This document shows, piece by piece, positions 51,999 through 64,000 of a stretch of 64,000 nt of DNA (its first letter is position 1; every line of letters begins with the position of its first letter). A program made the translations under genes and the position numbers. The notes beneath the pieces were generated by a model, which had not been told where the DNA came from, ran no database searches, and was given only the letters and a program-made list of their open reading frames with translations. Origin of the DNA: Negaprion brevirostris (taxonomy: Eukaryota); contig JARDVH010000031.1 in assembly GCA_030324005.1 (NCBI GenBank), positions 40,748,804-40,812,803 of the forward strand, in the 5' to 3' direction.

Positions 51999-52720
51999 CC
52001 TCGTGACACTGCCCTCGTGTCACTACCATCGTGTCACTGCCCTCGTGACACTGCCCTTGTGTCACTACCATTGTGTCACTGCCCTTGTGTCACTGCCATC
52101 GTGACACTGTCCTCGTGTCACTGTCCTCGTGTCACTGCCCTCGTGTCACTGTCCTCGTGACATTGTCCTCGTGTCATTGCCCTCGTGTCACTGACCTCTT
52201 GACACTGTCCTCGTGACATTGTCCTTGTGTCACTGTCCTCATGTCACTACAATCATGTCACTGCCCTCGTGTCACTGACCTCGTGTCACTGTCCTCGTGT
52301 CACTGCCATCGTGTCGCTGTCCTCGTGTCGCTGTCCTCGTGTCGCTGTCCTCGTGTCACTGCCATCGTGACACTGTCCTCGTGTCACTGCCCTCGTGTCA
52401 CTGCCCTCGTGTCACTGCCCTCGTGACACTGTCCTCGTGTCACTGTCCTCGTGTCACTGCCATCGTGACACTGTCCTCGTGNNNNNNNNNNNNNNNNNNN
52501 NNNNNNNNNNNNNNNNNNNNNNNNNNNNNNNNNNNNNNNNNNNNNNNNNNNNNNNNNNNNNNNNNNNNNNNNNNNNNNNNNNNNNNNNNNNNNNNNNNNN
52601 NNNNNNNNNNNNNNNNNNNNNNNNNNNNNNNNNNNNNNNNNNNNNNNNNNNNNNNNNNNNNNNNNNNNNNNNNNNNNNNNNNNNNNNNNNNNNNNNNNNN
52701 NTGTCGCTGTCCTCGTGTCA
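51999..52720. repeat. 14-bp minisatellite, consensus CTCGTGWCACTGYC
   Basis: More than 30 visible tandem units before the gap and one more after it. Confidence 0.95.
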
Positions 52721-53247
52721 TGAACCTGATTTTTTTGCCTCCCAGCCAATCTTACCACCTCGCCTTGCTGAAAGTCAGGTGGGATCAGGTCCTAAGTTCA
52801 CGCCCTAATTCATATTTTGGGAAAATTGTGGCCTGTGTGTATTCTTGAAGCTACTTAGAGGTGGGACCTCAAGGACTCAGGGAGGAGGAAAGACTGATGC
52901 AGATGCTGAAGGGCAAGACCGCACATGAGAACTGATGCAAAGGATGCAGGTTAGGTCTTTGATGGAGCAGTCCACAGATAAAGGCAGAAATGTTTTGTGA
53001 ATACAATCCAAATTCCCCAGTCTTAACCACTCTCACACTTTGCCTCAGATACAAACCAATGTAGCATATTCTTCGCCACAATGCTGAAATAAAGGCCACC
53101 TCAAAACCAACATTGAAAACTAACTTTATAAATCAAACCATCCGATATTCCAGGCAAAATTCAACTACTTAAGCTTGCGTACTCATTTAGTCCGTACCCT
53201 CAATGTGTCAGAGATAGTTTTAGATGAGATACATTTGTATTGTTAAA

Positions 53248-54295
53248 TGTTAGAAATAAGGTATAGTTTTAAGCAGGTTTAATTCAGTGTTGCTGTGTAA
53301 GGAAAGATAAACTTATATTTTGATTCATGCTATCAAAGATGTTTGTATATGTGGGGTTTGGTCAGTTCTATTGTGCTTAGAGTGGGTTACGGCATGTAAA
53401 GTAAACAAGCTGAGAGAAATAAAAGTCATTGCTTTGCAACTCAAGGGCACCTTTAGGATAAGGATTTGTTTTGAGTTTAGTTTTAACTGGGTTTATTGCA
53501 GTTGGTTGTAGAACATCTCTCTCAGTTTAGTTCAAAGCAGAAAACCCATATAATGGAATAAGGCATACAACACCAAACTCCAGAGGTACTAAAGGAGCAT
53601 TCTAGAAACCAGACAATGGAAGAGAAGCTCCAGGATATCGAAATAAAAAGGAACAAACAGGAATGATCTTGAGAACAGGATACTGCTTATGAAGCTCAAA
53701 ATCAGACCTGGGAAGAGAAGAGCTGATGAGGTTGGCTACAGACATGCCACATATCAGAAGCAATTGTAAGGTTTGATGTCCTTATTTCCTGTGTTTGAAA
53801 TAATAATATTCTGTTGGGGGCTGACTACCTGAATTTGAATTTTGAATGCATGCTTCAAGATAAAGGAAGCCTGAAAGGGGAGTTGGATAATTTGGTGCTG
53901 GATTCCTCATTAAAAGTGAAGTGGAAGCTTTATTTGAAAGGAAAACCTGAAACAAATTTTTAATGCAAACAATTGATGGAAAGCATTTTAAAGTGTGTCT
54001 TTTCTGGGAGTGGAGCCTGGAAACATTCATATGACAATCATCTAGGGGGATGGGGAGCTACAAAAAGAAATCCATGGAAGATCAGAATGCAGTGTTATTT
54101 TTGTAAACATTTGAATACATTTGTGAGGCTAAGCAGGGAGTAGAGGTGTTGTATCATAATCAAACTTTCAATATTTAAGCTTTTTTATTGTTGTTAAAAA
54201 AAACTAATTAGCAGTTCTGTGATGCTGTTGCCTCACATTTTCTAAAAAAATAAAATTTACAATCTTTTGAGGAATTTTCCTGTCCAATAGTAACA
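53248..54295 (+). mobile_element. Probable solo LTR
   Basis: TGTTA...TAACA termini, TATA-like and AATAAA elements; no TSD seen. Confidence 0.4.
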
Positions 54296-56679
54296 CCAAC
54301 TGGGACTACAACATCTGTGCCTTTGCCTTTTCTTGTGCTCCAATGCATTGCTACCCCACTGACTGCAGCATAGTGTTTCACAGGCCTGCCAGGAACCCAG
54401 CTGCCACTGTCAAGGACCATGAGGGAGTCTGGTACCAACCATGGTCAGCACCTTACACAGAGTTTGGAGCCCACCCATTCCAGCACGGAGGTGGTGGGCA
54501 ATTCTATTTGTATGCTTGTGGATCCAACAATGATTCAAAAGGATTAGCCATCCAATGCCTGGGTGTTAAGTGGAAAGTCAGACCAACTGGTTACAATACA
54601 AACTCAGATGGCTCCTATTATAGATATACGCAAAAAACTTTCCGGGTCTCTCCACAGTTCAGCAAACTCTCCACACATTGCTAGGATTGTGGAGATACCC
54701 CTGCAGGAGTGTGGCAGTGATTCCATGGGGCACAAACTTACTGTTCTATCTCAGGGTGACAATACTCGCCCCCGTATCGCTGTCTCTCCAGACTGCTGTT
54801 GCCTTTGTCGACATAGCGTCATCTGCCGCCGGGCTTTCTAAAGTCTGAGCTGCTCAAGCCCATCCTCCAAAACCACTGAAAGCCAATAACCCCTTCAGCA
54901 GCCATGCAACAGCTACTGAGGTAGCACAGTATAGGAGCACTAGGACAAGCTAAGGCTTATAAAAGACACAGTAAGGGAATGCACNNNNNNNNNNGGAATG
55001 CACAAGATTGATGGTTGACTCTTGTATGTAATATTGGATAGTTTGATTTATAAATTTGGTTTGGAATCTTGGTTTTAAGATGGCTGTAACTTTAGTATTC
55101 TGGCTTTTATCACTGACAAAATGTATGCATTTTACTGTTGCCCATGATCAAAGTATTTTAATGTGTGATGTCAGTGTATTTGATCCAATTTAAATGATAT
55201 CAGCAGCAAGATTTAGTGATTTTAAAAATAAAAGAATATTATTTGTTACCACATACTTGGCCAGAGATATAACACAACACACACACTACCATACACACAA
55301 AAATTAGATGCAGATCAAGGAAAGAAGTATGATTACAACCTGGAATTATTTCAGTCTCTTTCACAGCAGGCCTATGCTTTATTAGATGGATTGACACTTC
55401 AGGTGTAAAAGTAAAGGATTCTCAGTAAGCTGTGAGACACCTTGTAGTTGGATTGCCAAGAGTTTGGCTCTTGGCTGATCTAAAAGTTTGAACAGGCTGG
55501 AGAGAGAATCCTTTTCCCACTTTCAGGATGTAGCTGTATGTTACCATGACTACGTTATTGTCTTGTAGCAGATTTGATGGCTTAGATGATGTTTCTGATG
55601 GTATCTGACTCAGAACAGCTTCTGCTATTATGTTTTAAAAGCAGGAACAGACATGCCTGCCTTACCTGCGTGACCTGTTACAAGTCTAAAATCGTTTTCC
55701 AAATAAGCTGATGTTTAAGATCGGTAACTGTCCCATGTTGTTGTTTTAGACAGTCAAGGTCATTGTACTTGGATGACAAACCAAAACAATACAATGAAAG
55801 GTTGATAAGATCAATCCCATATTTGTCTAACAGCCATTGAATTTCAATGTATCTTTTGTTCATGATGAAACAGAATAATGAGCTGGCTGGCATATTGTAG
55901 TCCTTTCTGTTGATGGGTCCATCCTTAACAAAGTGAATTTTACTACCGGCTGGGTTTTTCCATAAAGTGACTAGGTATTTGCTTGAGTTTCAGGCCTGTC
56001 TGGAACTGATGCAAGTCACGTGTTATGCTACAGCCATCTTAAACAGTTTTTAGTATGCACTTTTCTTTAAGTATAGGTTTGAAATTTGTAATGTGTTCAT
56101 GCCTGTACTGAACATTGTGACATTGTAATAGAGGGAAGTTAAGGCATGAGACTGTCTATGCATGGGGAACTGGGATTGCATTCACAGTATTGCTGACAGC
56201 TCAGCCAGAAAGCAGACTACGTTGATTACCTCCTAGTCTCCCTCCTCTTCTTCTCTTTATCTTTTCCTTTTCCTCCTCCTTCGTGTGCTTGCCCCATCTG
56301 TTTTTCTCCAGCAAGACAGGATTAAATGTATTCATTTCTCATTACATCAGGGAGCTCCCTCGCACATTTGTGAATGGAAAATAGGCAGATGTTGAAAATA
56401 TCATGAGCGCCAGCCTGGTAGAAACATGATGCAAAAACTATTCATGGCCCCCGGTCACTCTCACAGCAACTAGCAGTGCCATCCTCACCCTGCTCTGAGA
56501 CAACATTGACAGATTTATGGCCGGCAAATTTCTCTGAGCACCTCCTTTGTGAAGCGGGGATAATCGACAAGGTCAGGGCAAGAGAAACGCTCCCTGAGAA
56601 TCCTGGTTGATGGAACCTGTGCTTTTAAAGTCTGAAATTTGGAAACTAAACTTTCTGGGGAGACTGAAGCTGCTTTTTT

Positions 56680-56810
56680 CGTTCATTCATGGGATGTGGG
56701 CATCGCTGGCTGGGCCAATATTTATTGCCAATCCTCCTAACCTGCACATGTTTGGACCGTAGTAGGAAACTGGAGCATCTGGAGGAAACCCATGCAGACA
56801 CGCAGCCTGT
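56680..56810 (-). mobile_element. SINE fragments (LINE-like tail plus HE1 core)
   Basis: gggatgtgggcatcgctggctgggccaatatttattgcc followed by cctaacctgcacatgtttggac..ggaaactggagc. Confidence 0.7.
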
Positions 56811-56829
56811 TTCTAAACTGCCCAGATTT

Positions 56830-57330
56830 TGATAATCCCTTTAAATCTTTCCAGCCATGCATTCATCTAATCTCCGTCTATTAGCCCTGATCCTCACTCC
56901 GCCACCCTTGATCTTTCATCTGCTATCTTCAGCTTTCAAGATCTCTCCATTGATCTTCCCTGTGTAACCCTATATCTCTGCACAATCACGCTAGACCCTC
57001 TACCTGTGGGTATTCACCTTCTCCATGTCATCCATTTTCCTCCCTCTATGCGCCACAAGCTTCATAGGTCCATCAGGACCCACCCTCCCTCCCTGGGTCA
57101 AGTAAGTGCTGATCTCCCTTGCACAGTAAGCCCCACCCCTGCCTCCTTTTCTCCCTCAGGCTGCCATGCCCTGTTCTCCTTGCCCTGCTATCATCTAATC
57201 TCAGTGAATCAAAGCCTCCTGTCCTGTGGTCCAGAAAAGCACTCCACGAAAGTAAAACTGCTCCTGGTCAATCCAATTCCAGCAGGAAACCATGCCTGCA
57301 CACTTCACCTTTAACCAGCCATGAAACTGA
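56830..57330 (+). mobile_element. Probable L2-type LINE ORF2 relic
   Basis: Strongly C/T-rich plus strand with a ggtc(c)agaaaagc W-R-K-like motif typical of L2 ORF2. Confidence 0.4.
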
Positions 57331-58439
57331 AAGCACATGTTTCTCATTCGCTCCAAAGTTCATTTCAAATGTACACTTTAATCTGGTTGAATTAGTGTGT
57401 AAAACAAATAGCTTCTCACCATTAGGAAGTTCAACCCACCTTCAATCCGGCACCACTTTATTTCCCTGCCTTTCTCCTGCCATTGGGAAGCTGACATATC
57501 AGCTCCCACACAATTAAATTCCCTCACCTGCCTCATTTCCCATTGCTGGTGGCAGTACAAAGTCCCAGTGTATGAGCAACCTTCAGAGTCAGCAATGAAG
57601 TTTTCCTTAAAAAGAAAATCTCCAAAATCTATGTGCAGATTGCATTTAAATTTGTACAAAATATATTTTTTGTATAAATCGCAATATTACAGTCATGATT
57701 CTATAATTCATGTTTTTTTTGCTTTGCAGTAGTATTGTAATGTATTGATTGGAGTGTGTCATCACTGAGGGTGTTCTATACAGCTCACTCTCCTACACTA
57801 ATAAATATCTGTTAAAATAATCAAAGACTTTACCATATTATTGGCAATTTGTCTGTCTCTATCAATCCCTCTTGCATACTGTGCTGTAAATAGTGAAGGT
57901 TTTAAAGTGTGCAGCTCGTTTTGTATATCAACTTAGTGCTGTTCATAGTGACACTGATGCTGGTTAGTTGTGTCAGAAACAAAAGCAGCATTTTCTATAA
58001 AGACCTTTATTAGGGCTGCCACTTTATGTAGATATTATTTGGATTTGGTTTAAGTTGCTTCTGTTGTGCAGTAGTCAATCTTGTGCCGTACAGATCATAA
58101 GTAAATAAAACATTTTGAAAAAATGTGTCCATCCTTGTTATTATTATTCATTGACTGGATTCTGTCATCCAACCATGATTACTATTGCTGTGTAATTCTC
58201 AGGTGAGGTCACTAATCGGATACTCTCAATATATAATTTGGCATGTCTACATTTTATTCTCCATCTGTACATTGGTAATTACTATATACAAGTAAGGACA
58301 CATCTTACTAGTGACTGTTATAGTATTGCATTTTTCTGGACAGCATTAAAATGTTTTCCATACTTATAGTCTCCAGTAAATAAAAAGCTGTGAAAATAAA
58401 TATCTATTGTAATATAATTGCCAAATGTAATTCTGATGG

Positions 58440-58705
58440 TTTTAATGAAATACGCAGTGTGCAAGTGTAGAAAGGGTAGCACAGCATCCGGAGCAGTGGG
58501 GTTCCATTCCTTTTCACTTGAAGTCTGCTTGGAGGCCATTAAGTTGAACTTTCTCTATACTCTAGCTATGACTGTAACACAACATTCTGCACTCTCTCCT
58601 TTCCTTCTCTGTGTATGGTATGCTTTGCCTGTAAAGCGTGCAAGAAACAATACTTTTCACTCTATACTAATACATGTGACAATAAGAAATCAAATCAAAT
58701 CAAAG
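58440..58705 (+). mobile_element. Rex1/Babar LINE 3' UTR fragment
   Basis: ctagctatgactgtaacac..aatacttttcact.tatactaatacatgtgacaataa..aatcaaatcaaatc is the reverse complement of 36282-36440. Confidence 0.85.
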
Positions 58706-59649
58706 TTTTTCCCATAAAGAGGGAGGGAGGATGAACCAACTGCATCAGGCTGTTCACACTGTTCCCCTGGTAACCACTTTCAGGATAGGATAGAGGCCTG
58801 TGAACTGGTTTCTCACGTGTCCTTACACATAGCATCGTGTTTGGCACAAGTAGGTGAAGTAGATAAATAAAAGGAAGATATTTTTTGTCTCCAAAATGTC
58901 ATGGTCAGGAAGAAATAAATTACATAACAGTGCGACACTCAGGTTATTCCATTTATCAATCCTAGTTAAGGAATAAACTGAGGACTCCTTTGTTATCCAT
59001 TATGTGTCAAATGTAAATAGTTTATAGAAATGTCAAGTTCATTATTTACTGTAGGAGCTACATGGAAAATTGATAAATCTTCCAAGCTCTTGCTGAACAC
59101 ATTACCCACCCTTATTCAATCTACTACATCAGAGACCCTTCCTGGAGCTTATGAGACATAAATTCTGCAGCATCATGTCATAGACAATGCAGCCTTAAAA
59201 TATNNNNNNNNNNNNNNNNNNNNNNNNNNNNNNNNNNNNNNNNNNNNNNNNNNNNNNNNNNNNNNNNNNNNNNNNNNNNNNNNNNNNNNNNNNNNNNNNN
59301 NNNAAAATATTACTTTATTTGTATAAATTCAAAGAAAATGGCATTTGTTACGACCAGCTCCAGATGTGGTCTCCCAAAATGGTTGATCCAGGAGAGACCC
59401 TTCAATTTGTCACTGTCCAGCTGGGATACCCCACAGTCGTTAGATAACCCAAAACCCCACTGAGGTGCAGTGACTGCTTCCTTGTCTTTATTCAACCCAG
59501 CTTCTGATGGCACCAATAAAGGTTTAATCTAACAAGTTCCCTTTCCCTTGGATACCTTTTCCAGATCCAATAGCTACGTTTAAAAAGGAGCCAATTTAAC
59601 CAAGCTTTCTCGTGTTAAAATAACGTTTATTAACCACTAAAAAGGTAAG

Positions 59650-59900
59650 AATGATGTGGAGTTGCTAGCGTTGGACTGGGGTAAGCACAGTAAGTAGCAC
59701 GAGCTATCAGAGCATTGCCCCTTCATCAGGTGAGTGAAGAGCTGGGTTCACAAACAGGGCATATATAGACACAAACTCAATTACAAGATGATTGTTGGAA
59801 TGCGAGTCTTAACAGGTAATCAAGTCTTCACAGATGCAGACAATGTAAATGACAAGAGGGTTAAGCACAAATTAAGAAGGTAAGGAGAAATGGTAAAACA
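59650..59900 (-). mobile_element. Penelope-like element fragment with mutated hammerhead (59697-59735)
   Basis: atgatgtggag..gcgttggactggggtaa terminus; reverse complement cacCTGATGAaggggcaatgctctGATAgctcgtg. Confidence 0.75.
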
Positions 59901-60049
59901 CATACATCTATGTTCATATGGATTCAAAATAAGACTTGAGTCCAATAGTAAGTAAACAGAAATAAAAAGTTTTACAGAACAGTCCTGAGTTGTCGAGAGT
60001 AGATGTGATGACATGTTGTGGCTGATAACAGGTTGATTCCAGTCATTGA

Positions 60050-61000
60050 GTCTTGGGTTCAGGTGTTGTGTAGTTCAGTAGAGAGATTTCAGTTCCAGCT
60101 GTGATCCTTCTGCCGGCTGATAGAATTTCACACTATGTCATGGAGAGGATAACAGACCGTACAATTAATCGAGAGCCTTGCAGACGTGTACTGCAGATTG
60201 CCATCCAATTGATCCAGACGCAAACATCACATCTTCAGAAACCCGAGGTCCCTGTTCAGTGGTGTTTTTAGTGAGCAGTTAGTTCAGGATGTAGCACCTC
60301 TGCAGTTTTGTCCCAGAAAAGGGGTAAGTAGCTATCCCTTCATTAAGGGTTATATCTTATCTCCTGGGGATGGAATGAAGATCTGTATCACCCGGGAAGA
60401 TCAGAGGATGAAGGAGTCATGGCAGCTGCCAGGAAGAGAAGTGTACACATACACGTCGCTCTTCTTTTGGTCACAGGACAGTGAATGATTGAGGGAGTGG
60501 AAGCNNNNNNNNNNNNNNNNNNNNNNNNNNNNNNNNNNNNNNNNNNNNNNNNNNNNNNNNNNNNNNNNNNNNNNNNNNNNNNNNNNNNNNNNNNNNNNNN
60601 NNNNATGATTGAGGGAGTGGCAGCCTGTCCTGTTAATAAAACTCACTGGCCAGTGATTGGTGCCTTGCTGGCCACATGAGTACAAATGATGATGCCCTGG
60701 GGATCAGCGATGGAGGCAAACCCCACAATGTCAGACTGGAATTGAACTTACTGAACAGCTCTGAAAAACAAAACATCAGTGACCTGCCAAATGTGGTCAT
60801 GAGCAGCCGTTTGCAAGGTACCATCAAAATGTGCAACTGACCCTTGGAAGTAGCCACACAACAGTGACATTGATGACTACTGACGAGCATTGCAACCAGT
60901 GATCTGAGGTGTGACGTCTTTGGCAATGTGGCACAGGTCTCTGTCTGGGAAGGTTATAGCCTCCATGTCCTTCCTCTCATTCCTCTCCCCATGCATTCCT
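60050..61000 (-). pseudogene. PIF/Harbinger (HARBI1-like) transposase relic
   Basis: GYFQGS..QVTDVLF, GFASIA..CTHVASKAP, FINRTGCHSLN, PGSCHDSFIL, GDK..PL..LLTP and LKM.CLRLD..GNLQY in collinear order. Confidence 0.85.
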
Positions 61001-61574
61001 GATGCCAGGTCTCTGCCTTTCTATGAAGTGGTCTTCAACACCACTGGACCCCAAATCTGAGAATGGGTCCCCATCAGCTAGCATCCTCCCAATGCTCAGG
61101 TGTTCCCCCAGGTGTGCTTGGCAGCCTTGACTCGTATTACCCTTCAATGGCAGCAGGGTGAGAACACCCTGTACTGTTCAAATGCTTACTGACTACTCAT
61201 CCCACAACCCTTTCTGGCCTGATGTCAGCTACATGCCAATGGCCAAGTCCTCTTCTGCTACTGTTCACCCTTTCATGGGGGCCTTTCAGGCAGGCCTTGC
61301 ATTAACATTGCTGCAGCTTCCTCTTGAGGTGCCCCAATGTCATCTCCACAATGAGGACCACTATAGGCACATGTACAAGTAGACAAAAGCAGAGGCCACC
61401 AAATTTTCTGACTGGCTCCTGCTGTTTGCCAACCTCCATGTGCCTGGTCGGCCTCTGATAGTCCACCACTGTCTGAACGTGCCTGTCAACAAGGTCCCAA
61501 TGAAATCTTTGATGATATTAATTGCCATTGTTAATGGTGGGCCCTCCCCCTTCCCTGGTGAAACTTGCAGGTAC

Positions 61575-62300
61575 AGTAAGAAGCCTCACAACACCAGGTT
61601 AAAGTCTAACAGGTTTATTTGGTAGTACAAGCCACTAGCTTTCGGAGCGCTGCCTCTTCATCAGGTAAGTTGGAGTTCTGTTCACAAACAGGGCATATAA
61701 AGACACAAACTCAATTTACAAAATAATGGTTGNNNNNNNNNNNNNNNNNNNNNNNNNNNNNNNNNNNNNNNNNNNNNNNNNNNNNNNNNNNNNNNNNNNN
61801 NNNNNNNNNNNNNNNNNNNNNNNNNNNNNNNNNNNNNNNNNNNNNNNNNNNNNNNNNNNNNNNNNNNNNNNNNNNNNNNNNNNNNNNNNNNNNNNNNNNN
61901 NNNNNNNNNNNNNNNNNNNNNNNNNNNNNNNNNNNNNNNNNNNNNNNNNNNNNNNNNNNNNNNNNNNNNNNNNNNNNNNNNNNNNNNNNNNNNNNNNNNN
62001 NNNNNNNNNNNNNNNNNNNNNNNNNNNNNNNNNNNNNNNNNNNNNNNNNNNNNNNNNNNNNNNNNNNNNNNNNNNNNNNNNNNNNNNNNNNNNNNNNNNN
62101 NNNNNNNNNNNNNNNNNNNNNNNNNNNNNNNNNNNNNNNNNNNNNNNNNNNNNNNNNNNNNNNNNNNNNNNNNNNNNNNNNNNNNNNNNNNNNNNNNNNN
62201 NNNNNNNNNNNNNNNCCAAATAAACCTGTTGGACTTTAACCTGGTGTTGTGAGTCTTCTTACCGTGTTTACCCCAGTCCAACACCGGCATCTCCACATCA
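61575..62300. mobile_element. Penelope-like insertion with inverted termini and 16-bp TSD-like repeats
   Basis: Minus copy 61575-61730 and plus copy 62216-62300; tgaaacttgcaggtac (61559-61574) versus tgaaagctgcaggtac (62301-62316). Confidence 0.8.
61632..61668 (-). ncRNA. Minimal hammerhead ribozyme motif with both core boxes intact
   Basis: Reverse complement ttac-CTGATGA-a-gaggc-agc-gctcc-GAAA-gc-ta-gtgg; helices I and II are weakened by mismatches. Confidence 0.65.
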
Positions 62301-62504
62301 TGAAAGCTGCAGGTACCAGACCAGGCTTTGGAAATCCAGCACACTGGCCAGCCTCAGTATTTCCCCTTCCCACTCCAATCGGGACCTGAAAATTCAACAT
62401 GAGGAACATACATATGCGGCTTGGACAACATTTTGCACCCAAAATGAGACCCATAATGTTGAAAGTACAGACACTACATAACTCACTTTTGAAGCCTTTA
62501 AGTC

Positions 62505-62780
62505 CAACTAAGAGGGTAGATGGAGCCTCAGTTTAACATCTCATTAAAAGACAGCGGCCGGAATTCTCTGGCCTCACCCGTAGCTGGGACTCTCCAGTCC
62601 CGCTGCTGTGAATAGAGCTTTGGCTGAGCACCAAATTCTCCATGAGCAGGGCACGCGAGACACAGTGTGGCACTTCTTCAGGACTGCACAGGAGTGTCAG
62701 ATTGGATTAAGTCTGCAAATATCTCAAGAAGGGTTTGAACCCACAGCTTGCCGATTCAGAGACAGGCTGCTACCACTGAG
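62505..62780 (-). mobile_element. DeuSINE/SacSINE-like SINE with an internal MITE (about 62556-62660)
   Basis: cctcagtttaacatctcattaaaagacagc, interrupted by ggccggaattct..., resumes actgcacaggagtgtcag...ttgaacccacag. Confidence 0.65.
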
Positions 62781-63149
62781 TTTCGACTTAGATTTAAAAA
62801 CAGAAAATGTTGGAAATGGAGATTTATACTTTTCGAGCATTTTCTTTTTCAGTTTTCAATAGTATCTTTTACTATCCTCTTATTTGATTGGTATACTATT
62901 TTAGGCAATTATCTGAAAATCTTGAGAGGTTATCTTTAATGTTTTTAATTTCCCTTGCTGATTGATTTTCCACATCACACAACACAGTAGAAGATGCCAC
63001 TATCTGATTAGCTGCTCTTCTCTTGATATTATTCTTCTTTATTCATATCATGCTAAATAAAGCTAACTTGTAATCGTTAAATTAGAATCAGTCCATGATG
63101 TGTCAACTTAGGAGTTTGTTCACCTCTGACACCATATCAAGATGTTGCT

Positions 63150-63617
63150 TACGGTGGCACAGTGGTTAGCACTGCTGTCTCACCATGCCAGGGAACAGGG
63201 TTCAACTCGGGTAACAGTCTGTGTGGAGTTTGCATGTTTCTTTCATAAATAAAATGGGAATAGAGGGATATGGTCCCTGGAAGGGTAGGTGGTTTTAGTT
63301 CAGTCGGGCAGCATGGTCAGTGCAGGCTTGGAGGGCCAAAGGGCCTCTTCCTGTGCTGAAATTTTCTTTGTTCTGTGTTTGCTCTTTGATCTCTCTGTTT
63401 CTGCGTGGGTTTGCTCCGGGCGCTCCAGTTTCCCACCACAGTCCAAAAATGTGTGGGCTAGGTGGATTGGCCATGGTAAATTGCCCCTTAATATCAGGGT
63501 GATTAGCAAGGTAAATATGTGGGTTTGCAGGGATAGGGCGTGGGTGGGATCGTGTTGGCACAAGCTTGATAGGCTGAATGGCCTCCCTCTGCACTGTAGG
63601 GATGCTATAATTCTATG
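63150..63617 (+). mobile_element. HE1 SINE interrupted by a CR1 tail fragment (about 63245-63385)
   Basis: acggtggcacagtggttagcactgctg head, core resumes at ctgcgtgggtttgctccggg, tail ctgcactgtagggatgcta. Confidence 0.85.
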
Positions 63618-63729
63618 AGACTTACAAGGTTCTGTGTTCAGGTCTCTTCCCAGGACTTTGATGCAAAAATCGAAATTTACAATGCTATACTCTGCTGTGC
63701 TGTGCTGTCCTTTGAGATGGAACTTTCTG

Positions 63730-64000
63730 CCTCAGGAAGTGGGGGGTCATTGAATATTTTTAAGGTGGAGGTAGATAGATTTTTATTAGGCAAGGGAATC
63801 AGAGATTTTTCAGGTAGATAGGAATGTGAAATTCGAAACACAAACACATCAGCCATGATCTTATTGAATGGCAGAGCAGATTTGAGGGGCTGATGTTTAT
63901 ATGCTAAACCAGACCCCCATCTGCTATGGATGTAAAAGATTTCATGGCGTCATTTTGAAGATGAACGGCGGAGTTATTTCCAGTGTCCTTGTTAACATTT
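63730..64000 (+). mobile_element. CR1 3' fragment followed by a DeuSINE-like fragment
   Basis: SLNIFKVEVDRFL; cagccatgatcttattgaatggcagagcag; gtaaaagatttcatggc..ttttgaag. Confidence 0.7.

Noticed and set aside
51849-52848. Cys/His-rich repetitive ORFs, or a CRISPR-like array
   Set aside because: Translation of a 14-bp minisatellite; no unique spacers, no cas genes, vertebrate context
60485-60625. Direct repeat atgattgagggagtgg on both sides of a gap (similarly ggaatgcac at 54976-55003)
   Set aside because: Most likely unmerged contig overlap or haplotype duplication at gap edges

Overview
Vertebrate nuclear DNA from a gapped draft assembly, most likely a cartilaginous fish (shark): it carries HE1-type and DeuSINE/SacSINE-type SINEs, CR1, Rex1/Babar and RTE LINEs, Penelope-like elements, PIF/Harbinger transposase relics with MITEs, and five decayed Gypsy LTR retrotransposons, all on the minus strand. 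No intact long ORF is present. The best host-gene signal is a pair of phase-matched plus-strand terminal exons (9865-9912, 11887-11924) encoding ...TQRRENLESNNDSGIDCLQQDWRSTNV-stop, which ends in a class I PDZ ligand and is followed by an AU-rich 3' UTR; I cannot name the gene. The region from about 39.6 to 49.3 kb is almost TE-free and looks regulatory. The most notable structures are five Penelope-borne minimal hammerhead ribozyme remnants, two local inverted duplications (one in unique DNA with about 130-bp arms), a Harbinger transposase split by a Gypsy insertion, cleanly nested insertions with intact TSDs, a 14-bp minisatellite, and an orphan 3'-UTR-like block. I see no convincing evidence for a wholly new biological system. 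All family names come from recognition by eye and need RepeatMasker/BLAST confirmation.
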